Assembly (NCBI GenBank): GCA_902780865.1
Contig: CACZHC010000042.1
Location: 279 to 64,278 of the forward strand
From: an uncultured bacterium
GTDB lineage: Bacteria; Verrucomicrobiota; Kiritimatiellia; RFP12; UBA1067
DNA length: 64,000 nucleotides
Reading direction: 5' to 3'
The notes beneath the pieces are model-generated. The model was given only the letters and a program-made list of their open reading frames with translations, did not search any database and had not been told where the DNA came from. Positions 9,249 through 18,905 of the stretch are shown piece after piece (position 1 is the first letter of the stretch; the number at the start of each line of letters is the position of its first letter). A program made the translations under genes and the position numbers.

Positions 9249-10325
9249 ATGAAAAACGCCTTGTTTATGGCTGCCGCCGTTGCATGTCAATTTGCAAGCG
9301 CCGCGAGTTCTTACGGGAGCTACATCGGCTCCGGGCCCGGGAAGGTCCCCGGCGCGGTAACGATCGGCTACGCCGACGGAAAGCTCACGACGCAGTGCTT
9401 CGGCTTCGCGGATACCGAGGCCAAGATACCGATGACCGCAGACACTGTTGGATGGCTCGCGTCGAACACGAAGGCCATTGCGTGCGCCCTCGCTCTTTCG
9501 TATGTCGAAGAGGGCAAGCTCGCTTTGGACGAGCCGATCTCCCGCTATCTTCCCGAATGGAAGGGCGAGAAGGTTCCGACGTTGAGGCAGTGCATGTCGC
9601 ACACGTCGGGGCTGAAGTTTTTTCCCGAGATGCCTATCGACAGGCGCCCTGTGCAGCTCCTGTCACGCCTTGCCGCGCAGAGCGAACGCGTGGCGGCGCC
9701 GGGCGAGAAGTACCAGTACTCGAACTGGGGAATCGACGTTGCGATGGCCTGTGTCGAGGCCGTGACGGGACAGCCGTGGGAGGTGCTCTTGAAGGAGAGG
9801 ATCCTCGATCCGCTGGAAATGCGCGACGCTACTTTCTTCCCGACCGAGGAGCAGTGTGCGCGGATGGCGAAGGGGTACGTGCTGACGGACGACAAGCCGG
9901 CGAAAGAAGTCGCTGTCAATCAGTTCCAGTACCCATATTCTCTTCACAGCCGCTATCCTGAGGCTGGCGGGGGGCTATTCGGAAGCCCGATGGACATGAT
10001 CAAGTTCTTCGCCATGGTCGCGAACGGAGGCGTCGGACTGAACGGAAAGCGCGTCCTGAAAGAGGAGACTGTGGCGCTCTGGTTCAAGAAACAGACGCCG
10101 GAATGCGTCGCCGAGAGATATTCCTTCGGAGCGTGGGTGTCCGAGGACGGACAGATGATGTCGCATGGCGGCGCCTGGTCGACATGGGGCTGCGCCTATC
10201 GCGAGAGCGGCGTTGCGCGCGTATTCTTCGTGCAATACGCCGGCGGCGAGTCGAAGGGATACGAGAAATTCAGGTCTTTGGTGGACAAGGATGCGGAGAC
10301 GAGCTATTCTCCGACAAAACTGTAA
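9249..10325 (+). CDS. serine hydrolase, beta-lactamase/esterase family
   Basis: Signal peptide. S-x-x-K motif SNTK and Y-x-N motif YSNWG, typical of class C beta-lactamase-fold hydrolases. Confidence 0.85.
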   Translation: MKNALFMAAAVACQFASAASSYGSYIGSGPGKVPGAVTIGYADGKLTTQCFGFADTEAKIPMTADTVGWLASNTKAIACALALSYVEEGKLALDEPISRYLPEWKGEKVPTLRQCMSHTSGLKFFPEMPIDRRPVQLLSRLAAQSERVAAPGEKYQYSNWGIDVAMACVEAVTGQPWEVLLKERILDPLEMRDATFFPTEEQCARMAKGYVLTDDKPAKEVAVNQFQYPYSLHSRYPEAGGGLFGSPMDMIKFFAMVANGGVGLNGKRVLKEETVALWFKKQTPECVAERYSFGAWVSEDGQMMSHGGAWSTWGCAYRESGVARVFFVQYAGGESKGYEKFRSLVDKDAETSYSPTKL

Positions 10326-13172
10326 ATGGCGGGTGACACTATGAAACGCAGAGCTCTTGTTCTTTCACTTCTGGTTGTCGTGTCGGCCGTTCCGACGCTG
10401 GCCGGCGTGACCTGGTGGTCTGTGCCGGCGATGAGCGGCGTCCAACGTCTGCCGGATGCAATTCCCGCCGATGGCGAGCAGGGAGGGACAGTCAGAATTG
10501 TCGCCGCCCACGATGAATACGAGCCTGGCTCGTTTGTTGTTCGCTCCGACACCGACCTCGGCAAGGTGCAGCCTGTCGTGGAAAAGCTTGTGAACGAGAA
10601 TGGAAACGTCTTCCCCGCCAACGCGCTTGACCTCGTCGTCGTCAAGGTCTGGTATCAGAACAAGAACGGATGGTTCAGCTATTTCGCCGACACGGGCATG
10701 AAGCTCTGCCCCGAACTCCTTCTCCACGACGAGGACCTCATTCGCGTCGACACGGCGAAAGAGGCGAACTACGCGCGGATCACGAGCGCGGACGGCAAGA
10801 TTGCGGAGTGGTGGCTAAACCCGCTTTTCAAGGAGAAGAAGCCGTTCCCCTCGATGCGCCCCGGCTTTGCGGACGCGAAGTCGATACGCCCCGTCGCGCT
10901 CGAGAAGAACGTCAGCAAGCAGTTCATCCTCACCGCGCATGTCACGCCTGACATCCCCGCCGGCCTGTACCGCGGCAAGATATCGTTCTCGACATTCTCT
11001 GTCCCCGTCGCAATCAAGGTCCTTGATTTCGGCTTGCCGAAGCCGATGGCATACATCCATCCCGAGATGGACTTCCGCATCTGCTCCTACGATTATATCG
11101 GAAAGAGTCATATCCTGGAGTTGAACGGCGGCGACGAGAATTTGATGTGGAAGCAGATGGAGGCGATTCTCGCGAATTTCGTCGCGCACGGACAGGACAT
11201 GAAGTGGGTCAGGTGCAAGACTGGTTCGGAGGAGGCCGAGCGTACGATTGAGCTGATGAAAAAAGTCGGCATGCGGACGGACGTCATTGTCGGCCCTGTA
11301 GACTACAAGTGGCAGGAACGCGATGCCAAGGCCGCACGCGAACGCGCAGACAGCATCGTCGCCTACTATGACAAGAAGTACGGACACCACAACGTTTACT
11401 GCGGATACGGCGACGAACCAGGGGTGAGGTTCTTCCCGGAGAACCGTCCAGTCTTCGACGCATATCAGGCCGCGGGGCTCAAGTTCATCATCGCCTCGCA
11501 CGGGCACATTTTCGATCAGGCGGGATACCGCTGGAACTGGCACAACGCCGCGCAGAATCCGGCGGACGCGTCCAGTCCGTCCGTTTGGAACCAGATGGGG
11601 ACGAACACCTACTGCGCATGGTATGCCAATCAGCATGTCGGCGCGGAGGATCCCGAGCTCAACCGCCGTCAGAACGGACTCGCTGCCTACCTGAGCGGCT
11701 ATTCCGCGCTTTGCAACTACGCCCACCACCTGGGACCGTACAACGATGTTTCCGAAACCTACAAGCCGATGGTCTTCGTGTATGGAACTGCGGATGGTGT
11801 CATCGACACGCTTCAGTGGAAGGGTTTCCGCGAGGGCGTCGACGACATCCGCTATGCGACGCTGATGACGGCGCTTGCGCGTGAGGCGGAGATGTCAGCC
11901 GACATCGAGGTGCGCTATCTCGCGGGCAAGGCAAAGCTTCTTCTTGCGCGGTTTGACAAGAAGACTGGCGACCTCAACGCGGCACGCGGCGAAATGATCG
12001 GCTTTATTGAGCATCTCCGCGCGGCGCTTGGCAAGGGAAAGAATAAAGTTGGGAGTTATGAGTTGGGAGTGGGTGAGTCAAACAATCTTAATTCAAAATC
12101 CCAGGTATACAAAACGCCTTTGCCGTCTGACATTTCGTGGGTTCAGGAGGGCCCGAGCGAAGGAGAGGCCGCGCCGAAGGGGTTGCCCGACAAGACATAT
12201 ACTGTCCGTATGAGCCCCGTGCGCATTCTTGGTCTCGGCAGCTGGGATGCGGCCGCGAAAGTTGTGAAACCTGGGACGGAGAAACTTGATCGCGGCTACG
12301 GCGGCGATGCCTCGTGTCTTTGGACGGATGTTGCGACCCAGCGCGGGGCGGTTGGCGCCGATGCTGAGAAACGCTACGCACGCGCACCCGAGTGGCAGGC
12401 GATGGCGGACGAGTGGGGGCTTCATTTCCGGCTTGAGGTCTTTGACGAGAAGGCCGCGGAAATCGCGCAGGGTTTTGGCTCGGTGGGGTCGCTCGAGGCA
12501 TATCTCGCGCCTGGAGCAAACACGCCATACTATGCGTTCATTCACTCTTTCGAGACTGGCGGCATGACCGTCTACAATCCCGTCTACAGCCAGCCGGATC
12601 ACCGCGAGATCGACGAAAAGGACCGTGCGAACTGCCGCGAGGAAGTCATGTGCACCGACAAGTCGGTCGTGCTTTACTTCGCGGTATCCTGGAAGTCCTA
12701 CGCGACGCGCATCCCTACGGCGAAGTCGGTTTGGGATTTCGAGCCGATGTTCTGGGGCCGCAAGGGGAACTGCTCGTGGAATGGACTCAAGACGATTCAC
12801 GGTCGTTCGTCGTGGGGTCATCTGGGCTTTGCGCTGACGGACGCCGAACGTCGCCTGATTTTGCGTTCCGTTATCGTCGCGGCGCGCAAGGCGTATGAGG
12901 CCGAAAAACGCCCGACGGGAGCATGCGGACGCTGGCAGAACGCCGAGGTCGGCGATCCCGCGTTCTACGAAAGCGAGCTGAAGCCGGTCGTGGAGAAGCT
13001 GGATGCGGCGGCAGCGCGGGTTTCGGCGGATATGGACGACGAGACTGTCGACGAACTCGCGAAGACCGCGCTTCCTGCATGGCACAACTTCAAGTTCGAA
13101 GTGCAGCGCCTGCGTGCCGATTACCTGCTGCGTAGGCAGGTGCTTGGCGAGACGAGTGCAAGAATGTTATAA
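10326..13172 (+). CDS. large secreted protein, N part DUF4091/GH123-like (tentative), C part CBM9-like (tentative)
   Basis: 948-aa ORF. ATG at 10326 abuts the previous TAA; alternative ATG at 10341 precedes signal peptide MKRRALVLSLLVVVSAVPTLAG. Family assignment from memory only. Confidence 0.6.
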   Translation: MAGDTMKRRALVLSLLVVVSAVPTLAGVTWWSVPAMSGVQRLPDAIPADGEQGGTVRIVAAHDEYEPGSFVVRSDTDLGKVQPVVEKLVNENGNVFPANALDLVVVKVWYQNKNGWFSYFADTGMKLCPELLLHDEDLIRVDTAKEANYARITSADGKIAEWWLNPLFKEKKPFPSMRPGFADAKSIRPVALEKNVSKQFILTAHVTPDIPAGLYRGKISFSTFSVPVAIKVLDFGLPKPMAYIHPEMDFRICSYDYIGKSHILELNGGDENLMWKQMEAILANFVAHGQDMKWVRCKTGSEEAERTIELMKKVGMRTDVIVGPVDYKWQERDAKAARERADSIVAYYDKKYGHHNVYCGYGDEPGVRFFPENRPVFDAYQAAGLKFIIASHGHIFDQAGYRWNWHNAAQNPADASSPSVWNQMGTNTYCAWYANQHVGAEDPELNRRQNGLAAYLSGYSALCNYAHHLGPYNDVSETYKPMVFVYGTADGVIDTLQWKGFREGVDDIRYATLMTALAREAEMSADIEVRYLAGKAKLLLARFDKKTGDLNAARGEMIGFIEHLRAALGKGKNKVGSYELGVGESNNLNSKSQVYKTPLPSDISWVQEGPSEGEAAPKGLPDKTYTVRMSPVRILGLGSWDAAAKVVKPGTEKLDRGYGGDASCLWTDVATQRGAVGADAEKRYARAPEWQAMADEWGLHFRLEVFDEKAAEIAQGFGSVGSLEAYLAPGANTPYYAFIHSFETGGMTVYNPVYSQPDHREIDEKDRANCREEVMCTDKSVVLYFAVSWKSYATRIPTAKSVWDFEPMFWGRKGNCSWNGLKTIHGRSSWGHLGFALTDAERRLILRSVIVAARKAYEAEKRPTGACGRWQNAEVGDPAFYESELKPVVEKLDAAAARVSADMDDETVDELAKTALPAWHNFKFEVQRLRADYLLRRQVLGETSARML

Positions 13173-13194
13173 CACAACCTTAACAGGAGTTAAA

Positions 13195-14238
13195 ATGAAA
13201 GACGTCAGGATTGGTCTTATAGGATTCGGTTTCATGGGAACGACGCACTGGGGCGTCTACAAGGGCGTCAAGGGCGCGAAGGTAGTTGCGCTTGCCGACG
13301 TCGATCCGGCGAAGCGCAAGGGCGACATCTCCAAGGTCGTCGGCAACATCGGCGGAGGCGACAACTCTAAGCCGGTCGACCTCTCTGGCGTCAAGGTCTA
13401 CAAGGACGCGATGGACCTGATCGCCGATCCCGACGTCGACGTCGTCGACATCTGCGTCCCGACGGCGATGCACATGGCGTATGCCCTGGCGGCGCTGAAG
13501 GCGGGCAAGCACGTCTTCAGCGAGAAGCCGCTCTGCCGCACCGAAGCGGAACTTCGCGCCTTCGTCGCGCAGGCGAAGCGCGCCAAGGGATTCTTCAACG
13601 TTGGCCTCTGCGTCCGCGCATGGCCGGAATACCGCGCCGCCTGGGAATACTTCAAGAGCGGGAAGGCGGGGAAGATGCTCACCGCGACCTTCAAGCGTAT
13701 CTCGCCCGGCGTGGACGGCAACTCGTGGAAGAACTGGTACATGGACGACAAGATGTCCGGCGGCGCGCTTCTCGATTTGCATGTGCACGACACTGACGAG
13801 GTCAACTACTTCTTCGGCAAGCCCAAGGCCGTCCGCTCGGTCGGTTCGAGTGTAGTCTCGAAGAACGGCGGAATCGACCATGTCGTGACGACGTACGACT
13901 TCGGCGACGGGCGGCTCGTCATGGCCGAGGGCGGCTGGGAGCAGGCGAAGGGCGCGACCTTCGAGATGAGCTTCACCATCGTCTGCGAGAAGGCGACCTT
14001 GAAGCTCGACTCGACCGGCTTCAACGTCTTCCTCAAGAACGGAAAGAAAGTGACGCCGAAGCTCGACGTCAAGAACGGTCCAACCGGCTGGCACCAGGAG
14101 CTTGCGTATTTCGTCGGCTGTGTCCGCAAAGGTATCAGGCCTACGAAGTACCAGACGATCGACTCGATTGCCGACACCATGAAGATCATCTTTGCCGAGG
14201 AGAAGTCCGCAAAGTCCCGCAAGACGATGAAGATTTAA
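13195..14238 (+). CDS. Gfo/Idh/MocA family oxidoreductase
   Basis: SD caggag plus ATG at 13195. N-terminal Rossmann motif MKDVRIGLIGFGFMG. The upstream part of ORF 13003 is Arg-rich read-through. Confidence 0.9.
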   Translation: MKDVRIGLIGFGFMGTTHWGVYKGVKGAKVVALADVDPAKRKGDISKVVGNIGGGDNSKPVDLSGVKVYKDAMDLIADPDVDVVDICVPTAMHMAYALAALKAGKHVFSEKPLCRTEAELRAFVAQAKRAKGFFNVGLCVRAWPEYRAAWEYFKSGKAGKMLTATFKRISPGVDGNSWKNWYMDDKMSGGALLDLHVHDTDEVNYFFGKPKAVRSVGSSVVSKNGGIDHVVTTYDFGDGRLVMAEGGWEQAKGATFEMSFTIVCEKATLKLDSTGFNVFLKNGKKVTPKLDVKNGPTGWHQELAYFVGCVRKGIRPTKYQTIDSIADTMKIIFAEEKSAKSRKTMKI

Positions 14239-14261
14239 CCTCAATTCTCCAACTCCAACTT

Positions 14262-14267
14262 TATACT
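14262..14267 (+). promoter_or_regulatory. -10 box TATACT, 9 nt before the ATG at 14277
   Basis: Lies in a 38-nt G-free spacer; no SD present. Confidence 0.35.
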
Positions 14268-14276
14268 CCAACTATT

Positions 14277-15143
14277 ATGTACAAAGCTCTGAACTACTGG
14301 GTTTTCGGCGGGTTTGGTCCGAACAGGACGCCGTACGAATTCATCGACTTCGCGAAGGCGCAGGGCCTCGACGGCGTCGAGCTTACGGTCGGCGACTGTC
14401 TCTCGATCGACATCGACGAGGCGGAGTGCCGCAAGATCGCCGCCTACGCAAAGGAGAAGGGCGTGGGACTTAGGACGCTCGCGAGCGGATACTACGGCGC
14501 CGAGTCGCTTGGCGCGGCGAATGAAGGCGAGCGCATTCGCGCGGTGGACTTCACGAAGAAGTATCTGCAGATTGCCGCGTGGATCGGCGCGGAGACGATT
14601 CTCGTCGTCCCTGGATCGACGCATGTGACGTGGGATCCTTCGCGTCCGGTCGTTCCCTACAAGACGGTCTGGGAAAACTCGACGAAGTCGATCAACGAAT
14701 TAATCCCGCTTGCCGAGAAGCTTGGCGTCAACATCGCTCTTGAGAACGTGTGGATGCGCTTCCTTCTCTCGCCGATGGAATGGAAGCTTTTCATCGACCA
14801 GTTCAAGAGCGATCGCATCGGCATGTATCTTGATATCGGCAACTGCCTCATCTACGCGCCGGCGCAGGACTACGTCGAGACGCTCGGCGCGAAGCGCATC
14901 AAGGCCGTTCACATCAAGAACTGGAAGGGCGGCGACTGCGGCGGCACGCTTCACGGCTTCGGAGACTCGCTGCTGTCCGGCGACGTCGACTACAAGGCCG
15001 TCTTCGCCGCGCTCAAGAAGGTCGGCTACAGCAAGACGTTCACGGCGGAGATGATTCCGTTCTCTCGACTGCCCGATCTGGTCCTTCCAGACCAGGCCCT
15101 TGCCGAGAAGACCGCGGCCGAACTAAGGGAGCTCTGCGTCTGA
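14277..15143 (+). CDS. sugar phosphate isomerase/epimerase (xylose isomerase-like TIM barrel)
   Basis: 288-aa ORF with family-typical LENV, IGMYLDIGN and VHIKN segments. Confidence 0.85.
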   Translation: MYKALNYWVFGGFGPNRTPYEFIDFAKAQGLDGVELTVGDCLSIDIDEAECRKIAAYAKEKGVGLRTLASGYYGAESLGAANEGERIRAVDFTKKYLQIAAWIGAETILVVPGSTHVTWDPSRPVVPYKTVWENSTKSINELIPLAEKLGVNIALENVWMRFLLSPMEWKLFIDQFKSDRIGMYLDIGNCLIYAPAQDYVETLGAKRIKAVHIKNWKGGDCGGTLHGFGDSLLSGDVDYKAVFAALKKVGYSKTFTAEMIPFSRLPDLVLPDQALAEKTAAELRELCV

Positions 15144-15191
15144 AGCGCGTTTGCCGCAAGTGATTCTGTCGTTGCGGCTTTAAGTTCGCTT

Positions 15192-15200
15192 TGATATACT
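15192..15200 (+). promoter_or_regulatory. extended -10 box TGATATACT
   Basis: Followed by SD gaaagggaag and the ATG at 15234. Confidence 0.4.
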
Positions 15201-15233
15201 GCCCAAAACACGAAAGGGAAGTGGTGTAGAACA

Positions 15234-16358
15234 ATGAGATATGGTGTTTTGGGTGTTTCGCTTCTGGCGGCGTTTGCCGCGTCCGTCTGGGCGAACGACG
15301 CGGCGGACGCGCCTTTGGGCGGGGAGCAGCGGTTTCGGAAAGTCTTCGCGTTCACCGACATCGGCGACGACGAACACGCGGCGAAGCTCGCTGAACTGAA
15401 CGTCTTCGCCGCGAACTGCTGCGATGCCGCGAACCGTCCGGACCCTGAGAAGATCGCACGGGCGAAGCGGTTCGGCATCGTGCCCTATGTCGCGTTCGGT
15501 CCGTTCTGCGATTCGCATGTCCAGGTGCTTTCGTCTGAGGAGGCGCGGCTCCAGTCCGAGCTGCAGAGCAGGTTCGTCGCGTCCGAGGCAAAAGGCGAGG
15601 CGGGAGACCGGGGGCGGACCGATCTCTGGCGGACGCGGCACTACCGTCTCGGCGGCGAACCCGAGCCCGGGAACACGGAGGTCTTCGTTGAGAACGTCGG
15701 CTGCTTCGTCGGAACTAACGCCTGCGCGAAAGGGGCCGCCAGTCTCGTGGAGCGGCTCAAGGCGAACCCTGAGGCGAAGGCGGTGTGCCTCGACTACATC
15801 GGTTACGCCAACTACCGTGGCTGCCGCCATCCCGACTGCCTGCGCCTGCTGAAGGCGTGGCTGGAGCGGGAGGGGCTCGCCGACACCGAGGAGAACCGCG
15901 ACCGTTTCTTCGAGGACCAGATCGTCGCGTACTATGCCGCGCTCTACGATGCCGTGAAGGCATACGATCCGTCCGTCGTCGTCTACGCGCACCTCTATCC
16001 CGTGTTCCTGCCGGATCCGCTGTATGGCAGCCGGCTGAAGCTCGACTATTGCGCGCAGACCTGCGCATGGTATTTCCGCTGGCCGGCGGAGAAGGTCCGG
16101 AAATACGCCGAGACGGTCGTTCGCGGCCAGCGCGAACACTGGCCGTTCGCCCACGGCGTGCCGTTCGTCGCCTACGGACCATGGGCGAACGACATCGACC
16201 CCGATTTCAGGAAGACGCCCGAGGACCTCGACCGCGAACTTCGCGCGGTGCTGGAGTCCGGCGCCGAGTACCTTTCCGTCCATGAGATTGATTCGATAAT
16301 CGCCGACCCAGTCGTCTTCGCGGTCTTCAAGAAGTACTGCGCCGACCCAAGTCGCTGA
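15234..16358 (+). CDS. secreted hypothetical protein
   Basis: Signal peptide MRYGVLGVSLLAAFAASVWA. Protein-like composition; no family recognised. Confidence 0.7.
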   Translation: MRYGVLGVSLLAAFAASVWANDAADAPLGGEQRFRKVFAFTDIGDDEHAAKLAELNVFAANCCDAANRPDPEKIARAKRFGIVPYVAFGPFCDSHVQVLSSEEARLQSELQSRFVASEAKGEAGDRGRTDLWRTRHYRLGGEPEPGNTEVFVENVGCFVGTNACAKGAASLVERLKANPEAKAVCLDYIGYANYRGCRHPDCLRLLKAWLEREGLADTEENRDRFFEDQIVAYYAALYDAVKAYDPSVVVYAHLYPVFLPDPLYGSRLKLDYCAQTCAWYFRWPAEKVRKYAETVVRGQREHWPFAHGVPFVAYGPWANDIDPDFRKTPEDLDRELRAVLESGAEYLSVHEIDSIIADPVVFAVFKKYCADPSR

Positions 16359-16388
16359 TGTGTGATTTGACCGCTGTCGGACAGATTC

Positions 16389-16396
16389 TGTATAAT
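16389..16396 (+). promoter_or_regulatory. -10 box TGTATAAT, 9 nt before the ATG at 16406
   Basis: No SD in the gap. Confidence 0.4.
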
Positions 16397-16405
16397 GTTC
16401 GTCAC

Positions 16406-18493
16406 ATGAATCTGAAAATGATTTTGCTGCACGTAAGCGTTCTGCTCGCCTGTTCTGTTGGAGCGGTTCAGTTTGACGCCGCCGAGCCGATCTGGACGAC
16501 GGCGGAGAAGGGCGAGGTCAACTCGTCCGTCGCCTTCACGACGCATTTCGAGTGGGACGGTAGGGCGCCGCTCAAGCTGCGGCTGGCGGGCTGTTCAATC
16601 TTCAAGGTGTTCGTGAATGGCGAGTTTGCCGCGTATGGTCCGGCGCGCGGCCCCCACGGATGGTTCCGGATGGACGAGTGGAACCTTTCCCGCGTCGCGC
16701 GCAAGGGCGACAACCGGCTCAGCATCGTGGGCGTCGCCTACAATACGACGACCTACTACATCGTCGAGCACGAGCCGTTTCTGCAGGCCGAGGTGCTGTC
16801 TGGTGGAAAGGTCGTGCGGGCCACGGGCGACGGGAAGTGGGGCGCCAACTTCACGGAGCGCGTCCGCAAGACCCAGCGCTACAGTCTCCAGCGCGCGCAG
16901 AGCGAAGTCTACGAAGTGCCGCGGCACGACCATTGGGAATGGTGGAAGCGCGACGGGCTTAAGGGCAAGTCTCTCATCATCACAAATGCGCCGTCGGTGA
17001 AGCTTCTCGAACGCGGGGCACCTTATCCGAAGTTTAAAATTGACGGCACCTATCGTCCGACAGACGTTCTCGCCGTCAGTCTGCAAACTGGCAATCTTGG
17101 CGAGGCGCCGCATCTCTGGGACAAGAAGGGGAGCTTTCTTGGACGCACTTATCAGACCGCTGAGTTGAAGTACACCCCGTCGGTCGATTGGTGGAAGCGG
17201 ACGATCGAGTCGAAGGCGAAATTCGAAGGCGGGGCGGCGAGGGTCGATGCGTCGCGCGGCGTCCGCTACGAGGGCGCGATAAACGACACTGGTTTTCTTC
17301 GCCTCAAGGTGAAGGTAACGAAGCCAGGGCGCTTGCTCGTCGGGTTTGACGAGATTCTCGTCGATGGCAAGCTCGATTTTCTAAAACGATTCGGATGCAA
17401 CAACATTGTTCTATGGGATGTTAAGGAGCCGGGCGAGTACGATTTCGAGTCGTTCGAGCCCTACACCTTCAAGTTCGCCGAGGTGATCATGCTGGAGCTG
17501 AAGGATCCGGCGGACCGCAAGATATTCGAGGCCGCGCGCGAGACTTTTGCGCAGAATGCGGTCGACGTGTTTACGGATTGCCCGAGTCGCGAGCGCGCTG
17601 GCTGGCTTTGCGACAGCTACTTCACTGGGCCTGCCGAGCATTTCTTTACGGGGAAGAACGAAATCGAGCGCACGTTCCTTCGAAACTTCGCGCTTGCCGA
17701 GAGGTTCCCGCATCTTCCCGATGGGATGGTGCCGATGTGTTATCCTGGGGACCACATCAACAAGACCTTCATTCCGAACTGGTCGATGTGGTTCATTCTC
17801 GAGCTTGCAAACTATTTCGAGCGTACGGGCGATCGTGAAACCGTCGATCTGCTTCGTCCTCGCGTAGAGGGACTTCTTAAATTCTATTTGCAGTTCTTGA
17901 ACGCGGATGGCGCGCTTGAGAACCTGCCGGGATGGGTGTTCGTGGAATGGAGCCACGCGAACGACACGAAGCTCGTCAAGGACGGTGTGAACTGGCCGTC
18001 GAACATGACGTACGCGGATGTCCTCTCGAAGGCGGCGCGGCTTTACGGACGTCCCGAACTCGCAGAGCAGTCAAAGAAGCTGAAGTCGCTCATCCGCGAA
18101 CGTGCGTACGACGGCGTATGGTTCCGTGACAACGCGAAGCATCCCGACGTTACGGAGACGTGCCAGTACTATGCGTTCTTCCACGGTATCGCGACGCCGA
18201 AGACGCATCCCGAGCTGTGGCGGCGGATTACGGACGAGTTCGGCCCCGAGCGCAAGGCGAAGGGGCTCTACAAGGAAGTCTGGCCGTCGAACGCCTTCAT
18301 CGGGAACCTGATGCGACTCATCGTCCTTAAGCGCGAGGGCCGCGACGCGCAGGTTTCGCGTGAGATACGCGGCTACTATCTCAAGATGGCGGAGACGACT
18401 GGAACGCTGTGGGAGCACGACCGTCCCGAGGCGAGCTGCAACCACGCATTCGCTTCATACTTAGCAATTCTCCTTGACGAGACGAACAAATAG
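16406..18493 (+). CDS. alpha-L-rhamnosidase-like six-hairpin glycosidase (GH78-like)
   Basis: Signal peptide MNLKMILLHVSVLLACSVGA. DCPSRERAGW motif resembles the DCPxR(D)ERxGW signature of the GH78 catalytic domain. Confidence 0.7.
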   Translation: MNLKMILLHVSVLLACSVGAVQFDAAEPIWTTAEKGEVNSSVAFTTHFEWDGRAPLKLRLAGCSIFKVFVNGEFAAYGPARGPHGWFRMDEWNLSRVARKGDNRLSIVGVAYNTTTYYIVEHEPFLQAEVLSGGKVVRATGDGKWGANFTERVRKTQRYSLQRAQSEVYEVPRHDHWEWWKRDGLKGKSLIITNAPSVKLLERGAPYPKFKIDGTYRPTDVLAVSLQTGNLGEAPHLWDKKGSFLGRTYQTAELKYTPSVDWWKRTIESKAKFEGGAARVDASRGVRYEGAINDTGFLRLKVKVTKPGRLLVGFDEILVDGKLDFLKRFGCNNIVLWDVKEPGEYDFESFEPYTFKFAEVIMLELKDPADRKIFEAARETFAQNAVDVFTDCPSRERAGWLCDSYFTGPAEHFFTGKNEIERTFLRNFALAERFPHLPDGMVPMCYPGDHINKTFIPNWSMWFILELANYFERTGDRETVDLLRPRVEGLLKFYLQFLNADGALENLPGWVFVEWSHANDTKLVKDGVNWPSNMTYADVLSKAARLYGRPELAEQSKKLKSLIRERAYDGVWFRDNAKHPDVTETCQYYAFFHGIATPKTHPELWRRITDEFGPERKAKGLYKEVWPSNAFIGNLMRLIVLKREGRDAQVSREIRGYYLKMAETTGTLWEHDRPEASCNHAFASYLAILLDETNK

Positions 18494-18504
18494 CCAGGAG
18501 AGGG

Positions 18505-18774
18505 AACTCCGAGCGTTAGGGCTCCCGCTACCGCTCCGCTGCTTCGCGATGTCTCAACGGTGATTCCGTGCGTTGAATTGTCTTTTGGGCTGCCTTCGGC
18601 AGGCTTTGAAGGCATAGTAACCATTCCGTCACGGCAATGAGGAGGTCTGGAGGACACGTCCTCCAGCTTTAAGACGATCTGTATCATTCAGCGAGACACG
18701 AATGATGGGCGCGAAGCAAATGAGATTCTGCGGAGCGGTAGCGAGAGACCTGCTGATCGGAGTTGAAAATCGGC
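18505..18774. repeat. 270-nt rod-like repeat element (copy A): MITE-like or structured ncRNA
   Basis: The first 119 nt are repeated at 63882-64000 (about 85 percent identity by eye, first 35 nt identical). Termini pair over about 45 nt: 18505-18512/18767-18774, 18521-18539/18730-18749, 18540-18548/18710-18718. Internal hairpins at 18590-18602 and 18647-18666. Confidence 0.7.
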
Positions 18775-18861
18775 GCCTTTTGGCGAGTGTCAGATCTGTG
18801 GAAGTTAAAAATGGATAAACACCAGACCGAACTGTGGCTTGTCCTCGTTGGTGTGTAAATA

Positions 18862-18870
18862 TGGTATACT
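18862..18870 (+). promoter_or_regulatory. extended -10 box TGGTATACT
   Basis: Followed by a ~30-nt leader with SD aaaggag before the ATG at 18906. Confidence 0.45.
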
Positions 18871-18905
18871 ATGTCCACAACTGAAACCTGAAAGGAGATT
18901 CAAAG

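Noticed and set aside
18568-18572. GTGCG inside the repeat element, resembling a group II intron 5' end. I also considered a retron msr/msd because of the terminal inverted repeats.
   Set aside because: No reverse-transcriptase or maturase ORF, and no domain V/VI-like 3' end. The element is only 270 nt and the downstream gene is a polyamine enzyme.
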